Source: Craspedostauros australis (taxonomy: Eukaryota). From it: a stretch of 31,045 bases of DNA. How positions within the stretch are numbered: position 1 is the first letter of the stretch; every line of letters starts with the position of its first letter. Shown here in pieces: positions 1 through 12,065 of the stretch. The notes under the pieces are model-generated. The model searched no databases. It saw only the letters and a list, made by a program, of their open reading frames with translations, and was not told the origin of the DNA. Made by a program: the position numbers and the translations under genes. The DNA lies in assembly GCA_030167865.1 (NCBI GenBank), contig JALAGF010001249.1:62001-93045 (forward strand), in the 5' to 3' direction.

Positions 1-441
1 GCACAGAAGGCACATGCGTTCCTTGCGCAGCTGCAAAAGCCACCATGACCACTTCCAACACTCGTACTCTGAACACGCGTCTCTCGACACGAATACAAGA
101 AGAGGTGACAAGATGGTGGGGACAATCGCGCTTTGGTGGCGACAATGCCAAAGAGCGAACTATACTGATGACAGAGGCGATATACACATATACTTATTTT
201 CGTATGTTTTGAATCAACGATCAGGCACTCAATCGTTGTTGTTGTGCGTAAGCGGTTGCATTTGCAACATTTGTGCAACATAATATACATTTCACCGCGT
301 GTACCAGGATGCAATCGACATCCACACCCGACGAAAACGCGTTTCCAAGGGGAAATGCGCCAAAAAGCCGTGTTGATGTTGACTTTCGGGTGATGAGTTC
401 GTGACTGGCGACAGGTCCGATGTCCGTGTCTATGGTCATTG

Positions 442-535
442 GAGTGTAGAGCCGAGAGCAGAGTAGAGTAGAACGCAGAAGGTGGAGCACAGAACAGCAG
501 AGTGGAGTGTGGAGTGTGGAGAGTGGAGTGTGGAG
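442..535. repeat. Degenerate GGAGTGT/GAGTG purine-rich tandem repeat
   Basis: gagtggagtgtggagtgtggagagtggagtgtggag and flanking agagtagagtag. Confidence 0.7.
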
Positions 536-661
536 CGGAACCCCACTTCGATTCCAAGCATCACACCGACATCGATGACCATGGCATGCTGCAGAGGGCC
601 TCCATTGTCGGTGACCGGAGTGATCTGTGGCTGCGTTCTTGCGAGTGCGTCGCACTCGGGG

Positions 662-680
662 GAGAGAGAGAGAGAGAGAG
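662..680. repeat. (GA)n microsatellite
   Basis: Direct read. Confidence 0.9.
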
Positions 681-689
681 TGGAGTGAT

Positions 690-1340
690 CCTCGGCGACG
701 CCGCCCCAGGGAGATTCCATTACCAAAACCGCAACATAGCCATGTGGAGAGAACTTCTCGCAGACCATCGTTCGAGTATTATGTACTCGTTTCGAAAATC
801 TCAGAGAGTAGCGAACATGTGCTGCTTCACAATCATCGATCGATGACCGAAGGGAAGGTTGGAGGAGTGGCAACGACAGCAGGCGACACGTCCACAGAAA
901 GAAAGGTCAAGGGGGAGACGGACATCATACGCACATCCTCAATTATGGCGGTGAATGCACACAGATCATGTTTCGGGCCATGAGGCATAGCGCATTGTCC
1001 ATGCCCCGTAAATAGAGTAGATTTAGGTAGGTAATAGATCGGAGTAGATCAGGGTAGCGTACCTGCTCCGAAGAGGTCAACCGAGAAAGGACATTGACGA
1101 AGGATACGGACAAATGCTGCGCTTCCTCTGACTCTGTCCCTGCCTCTTCTCGGAAGCTCTCCGGAGAAAGTTGGAGCATCACAGGTCTCAAGCTTCCAAC
1201 ACGCTGAAATTGCAATCGCAACAACTCTCCTGTCGTCGCCTCTGATCTATTCTTAGTAGTATTCTCCTGTGATACTCGTCTTCCATTCTCCTCTATTTGC
1301 TTCTGATCGCAACCCACATGAGAAGGAGACTCGATGACAC
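690..1340 (-). pseudogene. Possible decayed PAF-acetylhydrolase-like alpha/beta hydrolase fragment
   Basis: Collinear fragments PSHVGC, RPVMLQL and YSLRFSKRVHNTRTMVCEKFSPHGYVAVLVMESP recall GPYSVGC...LxYP...FSHG...CEELASHGYVV..EH. Interrupted by stops and ends at a (TC)n tract; no GxSxG seen. Confidence 0.27.
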
Positions 1341-2249
1341 ACATACAGAGTATAGTAAGAGAATTGTAGAGGAACACCAAGAAATCAGAAGTGGGAACAG
1401 AATGCGGATTGGAAGCAGATCCGATCACAACAGACGTGAGTGCCAAAGTGCGGCACGTTGTTGCGTGTTTGGCCAGTTCAAGAACGCTGGAACACACATC
1501 ACAACATCACAGAAGAAGCCGAGACCCCTCCACGGACGAGATAGCGGACTGGAAGCAGAGCCATCAGAGGCTCTGCATGAAGGAGAACCCTAATTGCAGC
1601 CATGCGTGCACACACAGAGTGAGTGAGAGAGGAAGGTGAGGAAATGAGAACGCAAACCATCGCCTCTTGGGGGGTCTCCAGAGTTGACGTTGAGGTTGAG
1701 GTTGTCGGAATCAACAACTCGTCGCGTGTGATCTGCTCCCTTCCTTCGGGTCTGCAGGTGCATTTGCACTCTTGCATTCACGCTCTTGCATTCGCAGTTG
1801 TGTAGTCGTGCCTGAACCGCGCCACGCGAAGGTACGCATCGACCACAGTTGGAGTGTTGCTACCATGGTATGATACGGTACGACAGGAGTTGGGGTTCCA
1901 GCGCATTTGCACGAAGTGGATGTGAGTGACTCCGTACCATTGTGGCCTCCCATGCCTGTCTCGTGCTCTCTGGTCGCATTCCGTTCCCAGTCTGTGGCGG
2001 TGTTGTGTGATCCTTGCCACTTGTCATCAACCACCCTGCGATTTGTGAGGAGGTACTGGTGGGTGGCGGTTTGGAACGATCGGCTCCTTCAGACGTGATG
2101 CACAGCGACACCGCCCCCTTTGTGCCGTGAGACGTGTGCTTTCCTGTCTTGGGCGCGATGGTCACGTTTGGAGGCACTGGGGTGATGGTGGGGATAGGAA
2201 AATCAACCGCTTCGTGCTCTGACTGGTACGCCTTCGCCATCTCGGAAGT

Positions 2250-3200
2250 GGTAATGCCAATCACGACCGAGATGTGAGGAGGGTCTTTCTCGGAACTGTG
2301 ATGTCCACCTCCTCACTTTTTGTTGTCCAAATCGCAGCTCTCGTTTGCGCACACTTCACATTTCGCACTTCGCACATTCTCGTCAACAAAATGAACTCGT
2401 CGTTGTTATGTTGGGCTGGTTCTGGAGAATGAAGTATTCTAGTATGGAAGTCGTCCTCCACAACAAGCGACATACCCGGTGACTGTGCTTCCCATTTATT
2501 TTATATCATGTGAAATTGCACGTGTTTGTACGAGTACTCGTCCACAGGTTGCTGTCAGCTCTTCACGCTGCATGTGTGCCGGTTTTCAGTGGACCGACAT
2601 GCGATCTTCGGTTTCCACGCAGATGCAGTGCCATGTCTGGTTCAGCTATCGCTTTTCCATCATGCCCGCACTCCACTTTCTGAGCACATTTCTGTCGTTG
2701 GAGTTGAAGTCGGAATTGAGCCGTTCCAACCGCCCATCAACTTCCCCTTGTGTGCCTTCACCATCTTTCCTCCCTCTCTTGTACTAGCAGTACACTGTTT
2801 GCCGTGTCCCTTGCTTCCCAGACATGCGGCTCTATCTTCAACATGAGCACTCGTATCATACGTACTGTGATGGCAGATTCCATTGACGCGATGACACCGC
2901 ATCCTCTTGCAATCACAATTGTCACTGCCATCGACGCCATCAGCGTGGCACGCAACAGAGCGAAGACCTATCTGGATAGAGCGTCCCCCCTGAACAAACG
3001 CGAACAATACCATACAATTCAGGCAGCACCAAGTGATGTGATGCAATGCGACGCGATCCAATCATTTCAGAACAACGCTGTTCCTTCGTTCGCGTTTTCA
3101 CCCAGGGTCAGCATGATGGGTCAACGTCTGCATCATCATCGCCAACAAAGTGCAGCGCTTGGTTCATTCAGCAACACACTGCATCGCATCACATTTCTGC
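2250..3200 (-). mobile_element. Possible third decayed LINE remnant (RNase H to zinc knuckle)
   Basis: Fragments LHFVGDD...PWV, PELYGIV, GSDN, CGGRLPY and SAKCEVC fall in the order expected for LINE RNase H through the CCHC knuckle. Each match is weak. Confidence 0.3.
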
Positions 3201-3504
3201 ACATTCAATGTCTACCATCGCATGCACAGCTTTCCAATTCCGGCAGACAAGCGCTCTCATTCATTCGTGCGACAGCAGGGTCATGCTCTCTTTCCTTCAA
3301 TGCCACCCAGAGGATGGCGCATGGTTCGATACATCTTGTGCAAAGTACCATTGTTCATTTCTTTTGTGCTATTTCAGGTTAGTGTTAATGTTGTACAGTT
3401 GAACTTACATCAGATCCGTTTGCGAGTGGTTGATTCAATACTCGCGCTGGTACGAAAGAACCCCCCACGATTGTTGCTCTTGTCCCCTCTTTGATTGCCT
3501 CTGA

Positions 3505-6306
3505 TCACTCAATCTTGACGACCTTGCCCTTGTTTGCGCTGGGTGCTGCGATCCATTGCCACACCTCTCGCTGCTTGCCCTCGAGGATCTTGATGGTCTT
3601 GCGCACGCGGTTGTCGCACTTAATGTCAGTGACGACGTGTGGCCAGATCTGGTAGTTGAGCTCGTTGCGGGACTTTCTCGAATTGGGATGCATCGTCATG
3701 GCGATCTCGTCGCGGATGTGGAGGACGACGTGAGACTGCGACGGGTCCTCCATCAAGCGCTCGTAGCTAAATTGACGTGCTTCGGCGACCGCTCTCATGA
3801 CGGATTTGCGCTTCCGATGCTGTTCTTGTCGCCTGTAGACAAAGAGGACGGCAATGAGACCAATGAGGCTGCCCAATGGGTAGGCCTGCAATCCGACCAA
3901 AGAGAACTTGGCAATGGCGATGATCATGGAGATGATGCCAGTGCCGGCGAACGCCATGAGCTGCTTCAGGGCGTTGCTGAGACGGCACCCGACCGGGTAC
4001 TGCACTCCGTGATTTTCAGGCAATCCCACAAAGGCTCCGTCGTCAAAATACTCGATGACGAAGTCCTCGTCGAGCAACCCGCGCTCCAGCGTCCATTCTC
4101 CAAGAACTCCAGGCTTCGCGGTTTGCAGATCGGCGTAGGGGAAGACGGGCAGGGTCTCGGATGGTGCGGAACCGCACTGATCTTCGATGGTCCATTCCTC
4201 GAGGATGCCGCGGATGACGCCGATCGTGTCGTTAGTGGACTTGGTTGGGAGGCAGCGCGTTCCATCCTCCGAGACTTCGAAGTTGGAGCTGCTGCACGCA
4301 ATGAGTTTGCCGCCTTCGCAGACTCCGCCAACCGGACATGCTACGCCGTCTCCTTCCGGACAGGCAACAGCCTCCACAGCTTCTTCACCTTCTATCTCCT
4401 CACCATCTTCGCTTTGTGACGATGTCAGCATGTGCAAATGAGAATTTAGGAAGCAGGGCGCGACATCTGTTGTTGTCGTGGTGAGGATCGGCGCAAAATC
4501 GATGAGGGTGAATGCGCAAATCACGGCAACGAGAGCGATCGTGATGAGGATGGGGAAACGAGCAAAGCGCGACGCCACCGATGGCTGCGCCTCCAAGATC
4601 CCGCCATCATGATGCATGAGAATGTCTTGATGGCTTGCGATGCTGTCCGGATCCACCATGATGGGCTCCTCGTCAAAGTCGACGTAGTCATCCTGATTGG
4701 CGTTGTTTGGTTCGGACGAAAATGCTTCGGGCGGAGGCGCCGTGAATGGCAGAGGTTGTCCCTTGAGAGCCGCGGCACAGTTCGCCATGACCTGCTGGCT
4801 GATTTGCTTTTCGAGTGCCATGGTTGGCGGAGGTGGCATTGCTTCGTCATCGTCGTCGTCGTCGTCATCATCTTCAAGACCGTCGTCAAATTGACCCTGT
4901 GTGAGGATGTGATTGTTGTTCAGTGCGTTGTTCATTGCGGCGACCGCGCCATTGTGCATCATCATGTTACTGGGTTGATTGATGGCGATGGCCGCGTTGG
5001 TTTGATGATCATCATCGTCGTCATCATCGTCGTCGTCCAGCATGTTACCTGTGGATCGTGGAAGCTGGCGCAACGCGGCCGAAGCAGTGCGAGTGAGTCC
5101 AGTCGGTGGCATCGCGGCTGTGTCGTCGTCATCTTGATTTGCGTTGTTTTGCGTAGTGATGTGAGTTGATGGTACGCCGGTGGCAGTCATCAAGGTTGCA
5201 ATGCTGTGCTGGGATGGTGTGTTAACCGCAGGCACGACCGCGGTGGAGGATGCCAACATGGCTCCAGATTGGACCTGCTGCATGGTGGAGGCGACAGTAG
5301 CAGCGCTGAATGCGACAGGTTGCGATGCTGGAATGGCCTGCGCGACTGGTTGGTGTGGCAGCGTTCCCTGGTACACGACAGCAACGGGCTGCTGCTGAGG
5401 CACCGCCCATGTTCCCATCGCCGGCGTTGCTGAACTCGGTTGTGCGACTGGCTGCAGTGGCGCTTGCATTGGCGAGTAAAATTGCGGATTTGCGATCTGC
5501 ACTCCTGGCACCGGATTGGCTTGTGCTGCGGGTTGCGGCGTGGCCTGTGCTGGGGCAACGGGCGAGCTGGCTGGTAATGGCTGCACCAGGGTCCCCATCG
5601 CTTCTCTGACTGTCTGTTCCGCTTGGGCTTCTGCCGGTGACGCAACTGGAACAGGCGGATCTTCTCTCTCCACCAACGACTGCGGCGCTGGCTGCGGCTT
5701 TTCTGCTTCGACAATGGACTTCTGCGGGGTGGGCTTCGATCTGCCCTTGCCGCGCTGCTTGTCTCCCCACTGCTTGGCTCTGAGACGAGCCTCCTCCATC
5801 TGCTTCCTGCGCGAGCTGCGTGTGGCAGTGGCGGACTTGGGCACCTGCTTGATGGACGGAGTGACCTGACCTGCAGGCTGCACGCGTCGTCGCTTCACGC
5901 GCTCCTGGGGAGTGGTTGCGGTGGGAGATGAAGCAGCAGCAGCCGGTGATTCACTGTTGTTAGCAGCGCTTGCAGTGTCCGTGGTGTTTGCGTTTGCGAT
6001 GGCTGTAGCCGTGGCTGTTGGTTTGGCTGCGCTCTTCTTTGCTGCCACCTTGGTCACAGGCGGGGACTTGGCAGCAGCGACTGGAGCAGCGCCGCTCTTC
6101 CGTCGTTGCCGTGCGGCCTCCGTCTTCTCCTTGTCCTTCTGCATGGCCTGCTTGGCCCTCAGCATGGCCTCCTTGCGCGTGATCTTCTTGGATCGCGTGG
6201 TGCGGGTTGTCGATGACGACGAAGACCTGGTGGACACCGTCCTGGCGTCATCCTTGCCGTCCTCCTCGCCCATCTTCGAGACTTCGCTTGCTTTGCGTTT
6301 CGGCAT
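3505..6306 (-). CDS. Man1/Src1 (MSC-domain)-like inner nuclear membrane protein, 933 aa
   Basis: Single long ATG ORF. Basic N-terminus (MPKRKAS) and a ~580-aa low-complexity region, then hydrophobic segment 1 (FPILITIALVAVICAFTLIDFAPIL), a Cys-rich luminal part (CPVGGVCEGGKLIAC...C), a second hydrophobic region, and a C-terminal VLHIRDEI...IWPHVVTDIKCDNRVRKTIKILEGKQREVWQW that resembles the Man1-Src1 C-terminal winged-helix signature. Confidence 0.8.
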   Translation of the reverse strand: MPKRKASEVSKMGEEDGKDDARTVSTRSSSSSTTRTTRSKKITRKEAMLRAKQAMQKDKEKTEAARQRRKSGAAPVAAAKSPPVTKVAAKKSAAKPTATATAIANANTTDTASAANNSESPAAAASSPTATTPQERVKRRRVQPAGQVTPSIKQVPKSATATRSSRRKQMEEARLRAKQWGDKQRGKGRSKPTPQKSIVEAEKPQPAPQSLVEREDPPVPVASPAEAQAEQTVREAMGTLVQPLPASSPVAPAQATPQPAAQANPVPGVQIANPQFYSPMQAPLQPVAQPSSATPAMGTWAVPQQQPVAVVYQGTLPHQPVAQAIPASQPVAFSAATVASTMQQVQSGAMLASSTAVVPAVNTPSQHSIATLMTATGVPSTHITTQNNANQDDDDTAAMPPTGLTRTASAALRQLPRSTGNMLDDDDDDDDDDHQTNAAIAINQPSNMMMHNGAVAAMNNALNNNHILTQGQFDDGLEDDDDDDDDDEAMPPPPTMALEKQISQQVMANCAAALKGQPLPFTAPPPEAFSSEPNNANQDDYVDFDEEPIMVDPDSIASHQDILMHHDGGILEAQPSVASRFARFPILITIALVAVICAFTLIDFAPILTTTTTDVAPCFLNSHLHMLTSSQSEDGEEIEGEEAVEAVACPEGDGVACPVGGVCEGGKLIACSSSNFEVSEDGTRCLPTKSTNDTIGVIRGILEEWTIEDQCGSAPSETLPVFPYADLQTAKPGVLGEWTLERGLLDEDFVIEYFDDGAFVGLPENHGVQYPVGCRLSNALKQLMAFAGTGIISMIIAIAKFSLVGLQAYPLGSLIGLIAVLFVYRRQEQHRKRKSVMRAVAEARQFSYERLMEDPSQSHVVLHIRDEIAMTMHPNSRKSRNELNYQIWPHVVTDIKCDNRVRKTIKILEGKQREVWQWIAAPSANKGKVVKIE

Positions 6307-6799
6307 GATTATGATGCGTCAAGGTTGGAGAGGGTTGGAGAGAGTGGAAGATGGAGAGGGAAGGGAGTTGCCACGTTCGTTGCTTGATTCGGAAGTTGGC
6401 GATTGATGACTTGCGATCTGCGACAGCCGTTGGATGAGGAGGTGGAAGGAACACAGCGAAGCGGAATGAACTATTGTGCCAATTGGAGTTTGAATGTTAA
6501 AACTTCGAGCCAGGATGTCTGAGAGTGATGATTCGTTGTGTCGTTCCGCAGTCCTGGATGCTGTGCTGTGTCTGCGAGGATGTTTCCTTGGCGTGTTTGT
6601 GTCGTGTCGTCTTGCTGTCTTGCTGTCTTGTGTTTGTCGCTGTTGCCGTTGTGTTTTGCCTGGTTGTCGCTGTCATCGTTCTTGTTGCCGTTGTGCACAT
6701 CCATGTGTGCTGTTTCCGTTGATTCTGTGTTTGAAACGAGGGTTTGCTCGTGTGGTTGCAACTTTTGCACGCGTGTGTCGCAAGAGACATGAGGCAAAG

Positions 6800-8200
6800 G
6801 TGAATGAACGGACCACATGTCTGCCTGTCGTCCGCATCGTTTCTGTGCATTCATTTGATTCGGACGACGAGTTGCTTCTATTTCCAAACGTGAGACTCTC
6901 AAACGTGTGTCCGATCTCGATTCGGGATTGGCATCCTGCACACGATCGACTTCCACTTCCAGGTCGTGGATGATTGCGTTCGCCACAAGATTGGTTGTTG
7001 GATGGCGAAGTAACCGTGACAACACACAAGAGAGAGTTCGTGGAGACCATCTTGCGCGAGATTGGAAACAAGATGGCGAGCGGGATGGCGGATGAGACAC
7101 TCATCCACGATGACGACTGGCAACCGTACCAACGACCAACACCTATGGCAATGATAATGACCATGACAACGATGATTCGCCTCCCAAGGAGTCCATCGCC
7201 GAAGCAGCACAATCATCCTTCTCTCGTTACTATCATTACACCAAAGATGGATTGCGCTCCTGTTCCCTTTTCGATTCATCGTGCCAACAAGCCAGGTGTC
7301 TGCATGGAAGATTTGTGGTGTGGTTCAGTGCGAACCACACAGAGCTTGGCCGTCGTGTAACCGCGATCAGTATTTCATCAGCTGCCTGATCTCCAAGTTG
7401 GCGATGGTTGGTTGACGGTCGATGAAGTCGGTGATGCCGTTGCCACCTCTGCATGAAGCAGCAGCGAGTTCATGGTTGCATGATGCAGCTCGTCACGCGA
7501 CGGCGGGTTGGATTGACACGGTCTTTGTTGCCCACTTGGCGCGGCGCAACCTGAGGAGAGAGTGGTTCGCAGAGGCGGAGCAGATCATCGTGGAGCGCTC
7601 CTGCGGTGCTGCAACGTGATCTGCTGCAGAGTGAGAACTGGAGACAAAAGGAGAGCGCAGAAAATCGACAAGAAATGTGGGGATCAGCGCTCCGATCTGG
7701 ATGCGGCACTCGCTGGAACCAAGAGAGACCTTTGCCGGCATGGTCAATGGCAGGGGCCTGTAAAGCACCGATGGAATTAGAGTGGGTGTGACTTGCCGCG
7801 AGAGGTGACGACACATCTGGCATCTGCCAAAGATATCGTCTGCCTTCCGCTGCGGTATCCCAATGAGTTCAGCTTCCAGCATGCAAGGACATGTTGCGAT
7901 CATGGATGCGGTGGATCTTTGGCACAACTCTTCTTGATACTCCAAGTATTCTACGAATCTCCATTGGTTCCCTTTGTTCCTGTTGTTGCGGATGGCAGAA
8001 GTGGAGGTCAGATTAGATCAGTCTTCATGAACGCGGTCATGATGGAGTTGCACCCTCTCTTTCGTTGGTTGGGGGGTGGTGCTCCCTGGTGGATGGCGTG
8101 CGATGGGATGCAATCGCAGTCCCTGCCTTTCGCTGATCTCCTCCCGAAGATGAAACACTGTCACAAATTGAACAACGCCGTAGTCAAGGATAACCCTGTC
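6800..8200 (-). mobile_element. Highly decayed non-LTR (LINE) retrotransposon ORF2 remnant (end of RT, thumb and connection)
   Basis: Across frameshifts, collinear fragments EQREPMEIRRILGV, QRKADDIFGR...HLSRQ, IPSVLYRPLPLTM...IQ...IPTFL, GGNGITDF...IRQLMKY, IEKGTGAQSIF and TRLRVSRLEIEAT resemble the post-RT motif order of RNase H-bearing LINEs. No catalytic xxDD seen; boundaries approximate. Confidence 0.5.
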
Positions 8201-9538
8201 ACAGAGCAAGCGTCACAGAGAACGTGAAAGTAGAATAAAGTTCGAATGTAGTAGCGGAAAGAGTGGGCCACATGTCAGGTTAAGCGACGAGACGATCGTC
8301 ACTGATTCAGAAGCACAGTCAAGACAAGTGTCAGCCTTTGTTAAATGTGGAATCGATGACCTCACCTTCTCAAAGTGGCCACGTGGCGCAACAACCAAGC
8401 CTTGCATACTTTTCATTGGTCAGTACAGGTACAGCGAAAACAATAGTTGGGACTGAATGATACAAAGGACTTGACTCGTGTGGCACCGGGAGGACATCTG
8501 CGCCTACAGAGAAGCAGCTCCTAGACACTTATGCTGTTGAAGTACAGTTTAATGCTCGTGGAACGATAGGGATGGCACTTTCTGGTACCTTCGGTGAATG
8601 TCGATTCGAAGAGGACTGAATTTGGAAGAGGCCGGTTCAATGTACGAGAATTAACCGCCGTTTCTCCCAACCCCACGCAGACAAGGCTGAACATTGAAGT
8701 GACAACGGACTTATTCCACGCAACGTCGCTTGGTCGTACGTTTTGGGCGTTGGATCACCCGCTGTGTGTGTGGAATTGGCGCGTTCACTTTGATTGTGTG
8801 GAATTGGCGCGTGCACAGACATGCACCATCATGGCGTGACGCAGAGTCACAAAGGCGACGTCGTTGTCCGTCGCTCGTGGATACGCGCCGCGCTGTTTTT
8901 GGCCTGCGTCACATTGTTTTTGGCAGTGACCGTGGTGTGTAGAGGAAGAATGAATCAGCGCAGACACCGCAGAAGCGTTGGGAGAGGGCAGTTTCTGCCA
9001 CGTAAGAGGTTTTGCGACAATACGAACGGGGCGAAGAAGGCCGAAGACAGAGTTGTGGAAAGTCATCGTGGAGAGTGAAGGCAGCACCACGATTCGCGGA
9101 CTTTACCTCCAATGCCGCGGTTTGCACTTGGCGCGGTATTAGTACCCACGTTGTAGAAGTAGAAGTGGAAGTAGAATGGTGCAGAGATGTGCCCATCGCA
9201 CAATTTCACGCACAACCACAGCCCGTGCACGAACGCACGCATCGAACGGTGAACAGCAAAGACCGCAACGCAAAGGCACAAAAACACACACACGAATCCA
9301 AACAACCCAAAAGAAGAGGCGATACGACCGGCCCAACCAAGAACCACTGACACAGAACAAGAGGAGACAGCTCCTTCCTGATCACAAACAAAACGATTCC
9401 ATTCTTGTGGTGTGGCTGGGAACTATCTTCCTCCACCTGACAACCTTGCGACCTGACTCTGATGGTACATACAGTTGCTAACATCAACACAACCGCAATC
9501 AAGCAATTAGCTGCAATAGTTGGAAGAGGTGGAGCAAG

Positions 9539-12065
9539 ATGACCATGCACAGAAGACAGTCGGCGAACACGAAGTCCCCGCGCATGGCGCGCAACAGGAC
9601 CCTGGCAATCACGCTTGGCACCAGCATGCGCAGCAAGATGTCGCTGATGTCGACCATGGAGGACGATGACATTGCATCTACGATGGACGATTCGATGATG
9701 GATTCCGTGATGGACTCGCCGCCTCCTCCCATCAAGGTGGCCGCTGTTGCGTCTGTGGCCATCATCTCTCCGCCCATGGTGGCGCCACCCACGAGAGTGC
9801 CGTCGAAGGCTGCTCCATCGAAGGCCACTCCACCAAAGGCCTCTCGGTCGAAGGTCGTTCAATCGAAGGCCGCGCAACCCATTCCGGTTTCTCCAGCACC
9901 CAAATCGACTTCAGCTTCAGCATCAGCTTCGGTCTCGGCTTCAGATTCTTCGAGTGTGAGGAAGGAGAGGAAAGAGACGAAGGAGAGCATACACAGCAAG
10001 ACTGTGGACATGTTCACCATCAAGTCACCGCAGCCGGCACCATTCTCTCGGGACACGTTCACCATCAAGGCACCAAAGCAGAGGACGCGCGCCACCATCG
10101 TCAAGTCGGAGTCCGTCATCTCCATGGAACAAGACCAGCAGCAGCAACAACGGCAACAACGGCAGCAACGGCAACAGCCCAGACGACAACCATCTAAGAA
10201 CATGTCGATATCGTCGTCTGGTTCCAAGTCCAAGCGATCGCAATCTCGAACTGCCACGGCATCCACAGCACCAGCAAGAGTGGCACCAGCATCCACAACA
10301 CCACCTGCGCAGAACCAACCGCGTATCCCGGAAGCCCTGCAGCAGATCTTCCTCGCGGCTGCGCAGGGCCAAGTCATCAATGAACCACCGAAGGACAAGA
10401 GCGCCTGGAAGCTGTTTCGAAGAGGAGGCAAGGCCAACAATCGCAACTCCAGTGCAAACACCAATGCGAAACGCGCAACGACTTCCACTTCCAACAAAGA
10501 CGACGACAACAATAGCAATAGCAACAGCAAGCCCATGCGAGGCAACCCATTCCGACGATTGACCAGATTGGCGGCAAAGGTATCGAAGCACTCCAGAAAG
10601 CGACACTCCAGACACAAGCAATCGCAGAAGAAGCAGCAGAAGCAAGGCCATCGACACCAACCGATGCAGACGCACATGGAGGTACCGAATGAAGACGAAG
10701 AGCCGGAACCACCGCAGGTGGTGGAAGAGGAGGAGCCGCAGCAACCGCATCGCGCGGAATCCTTCCTCAAGGTGCCTCAGAAGAGCGCGCTCAAGAGGCG
10801 AGGGTCCAAACGAAACGTAAGTGCCATGCACGCTACCCAATGTTCGTGTGTTGCATTGTGCTGTGTTGCTGTGTGCTGTGTCAGACTCTCTCATACTTCG
10901 CACACACCATCATACTCGTACATATCACTCACCGCCATGCTGCAATTCCAACTCCATCCACACTCTTGCTCACGCACTTGTTCATACACTTGCGACGGCC
11001 AATCCCAATGCAACAACGACAATGACGACATCACAGATCAAGGACAAGATCAGAAGGCGGAACCCGCAGGAGTACCTCAATGACTTGCTCGAGGAACGAG
11101 GCTATTCCAGCAACACATACCTCAGCCTCAGCACCGCCTACCACTGCGATCCCAGCGAGATACAACAGGCCAGCTACGGCAGCAAGGTGGTGCAGGCAGC
11201 GCACCAGCAAGACGTCGCCCTTCTCGGCGATCTATTCGACGCGGGCCTGTCGCCCAACCCGTGCAACGTGTTCGGAGAATCGCTCATCCACATGGTGTGC
11301 AGACGCGGTTGCTACAAGGTGCTCAAGTTCATGCTCAGCTACGGCAGCACCATCCAAACGACGGACGAAGTCGGCAGAACGCCACTTCACGAGGCATGTT
11401 GGAGCGTGGAGCCCAACTTTCAACTCATCCGTCTCATCCTCGACAAGGACATCGCCCTCCTGCGTGTCGGCGATGGTCGCGGCGTCACGCCCCTGTCCTA
11501 CGTGGCCAAGAAGTCATGGGTCAAGTGGATCGAGTTCATCGACTCCGTGCAGGACGACTACTGGCCACGTCGTGACCCCATCGAGGATGGCATCGAACCG
11601 CCACCCAAGCTCGCCACCATGAAGCCCAACAGCGTGCAGGTGCCGGACCCGGACGTGGAGCGCACCCTCGACGTGGTCGCCAAGATCGCGTCCGGGGCGC
11701 TGGACCTCAACGATCCGTGGATCACGCAGTACTTCTACGAGGACGATGGCACGCTGTCATCGTCCGATGGCGAGGAGGACGAAACGATCTGCTCCGAGAT
11801 GTTCGGAGAATCCGACAGCGACTCGGACTCCGACTACGATGATGATGATGATGACTTTGACAACGACAGTTCGGACATTAGCGAGAGCGACAACATCTCG
11901 CAGATGCTGGAACGCTACGACAGATCGAAGAAGAAGAAGATGAGCGCAGTGAGCTGGCCCAACAACGAGCGCAGCAACTCGCGTGGAAGCACGGCAGTCA
12001 TGTCCAGCTTTTCCATGGTCGTCGATCGCACTCCCTCTCAACGGTCCCTGCTCATGGTGGACTAG
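9539..12065 (+). CDS. Ankyrin-repeat protein, paralog A. Exons 9539-10816 and 11037-12065, ~768 aa
   Basis: ORFs 9539..11083 and 10821..12065 join in frame through a phase-0 intron (AAC|GTAAGT...CACAG|ATC), giving ...GSKRN-IKDKIRRRNPQEYL. Ankyrin motifs GESLIHMVCRRG, GRTPLHEACW and GVTPLSYV; acidic D/S tail. Several in-frame ATGs make the start uncertain. Confidence 0.85.
10817..11036 (+). other. Spliceosomal intron (220 bp, phase 0) of ankyrin paralog A
   Basis: GTAAGT donor at 10817 and CAG acceptor ending at 11036; removal restores the frame. Confidence 0.8.

Noticed and set aside
2750-3382. 210-aa + strand ORF
   Set aside because: No motifs and lacks the codon bias seen in the real genes.
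7667-7700. RNVGISAPI on the + strand resembling the EF-G N-terminus (RNIGISAHID)
   Set aside because: No GKTT P-loop follows; the - strand LINE reading explains the region better.
8767-8812. 18-bp direct repeat TGTGTGGAATTGGCGCGT
   Set aside because: Only two copies 28 bp apart; consistent with local duplication, with no element between them.
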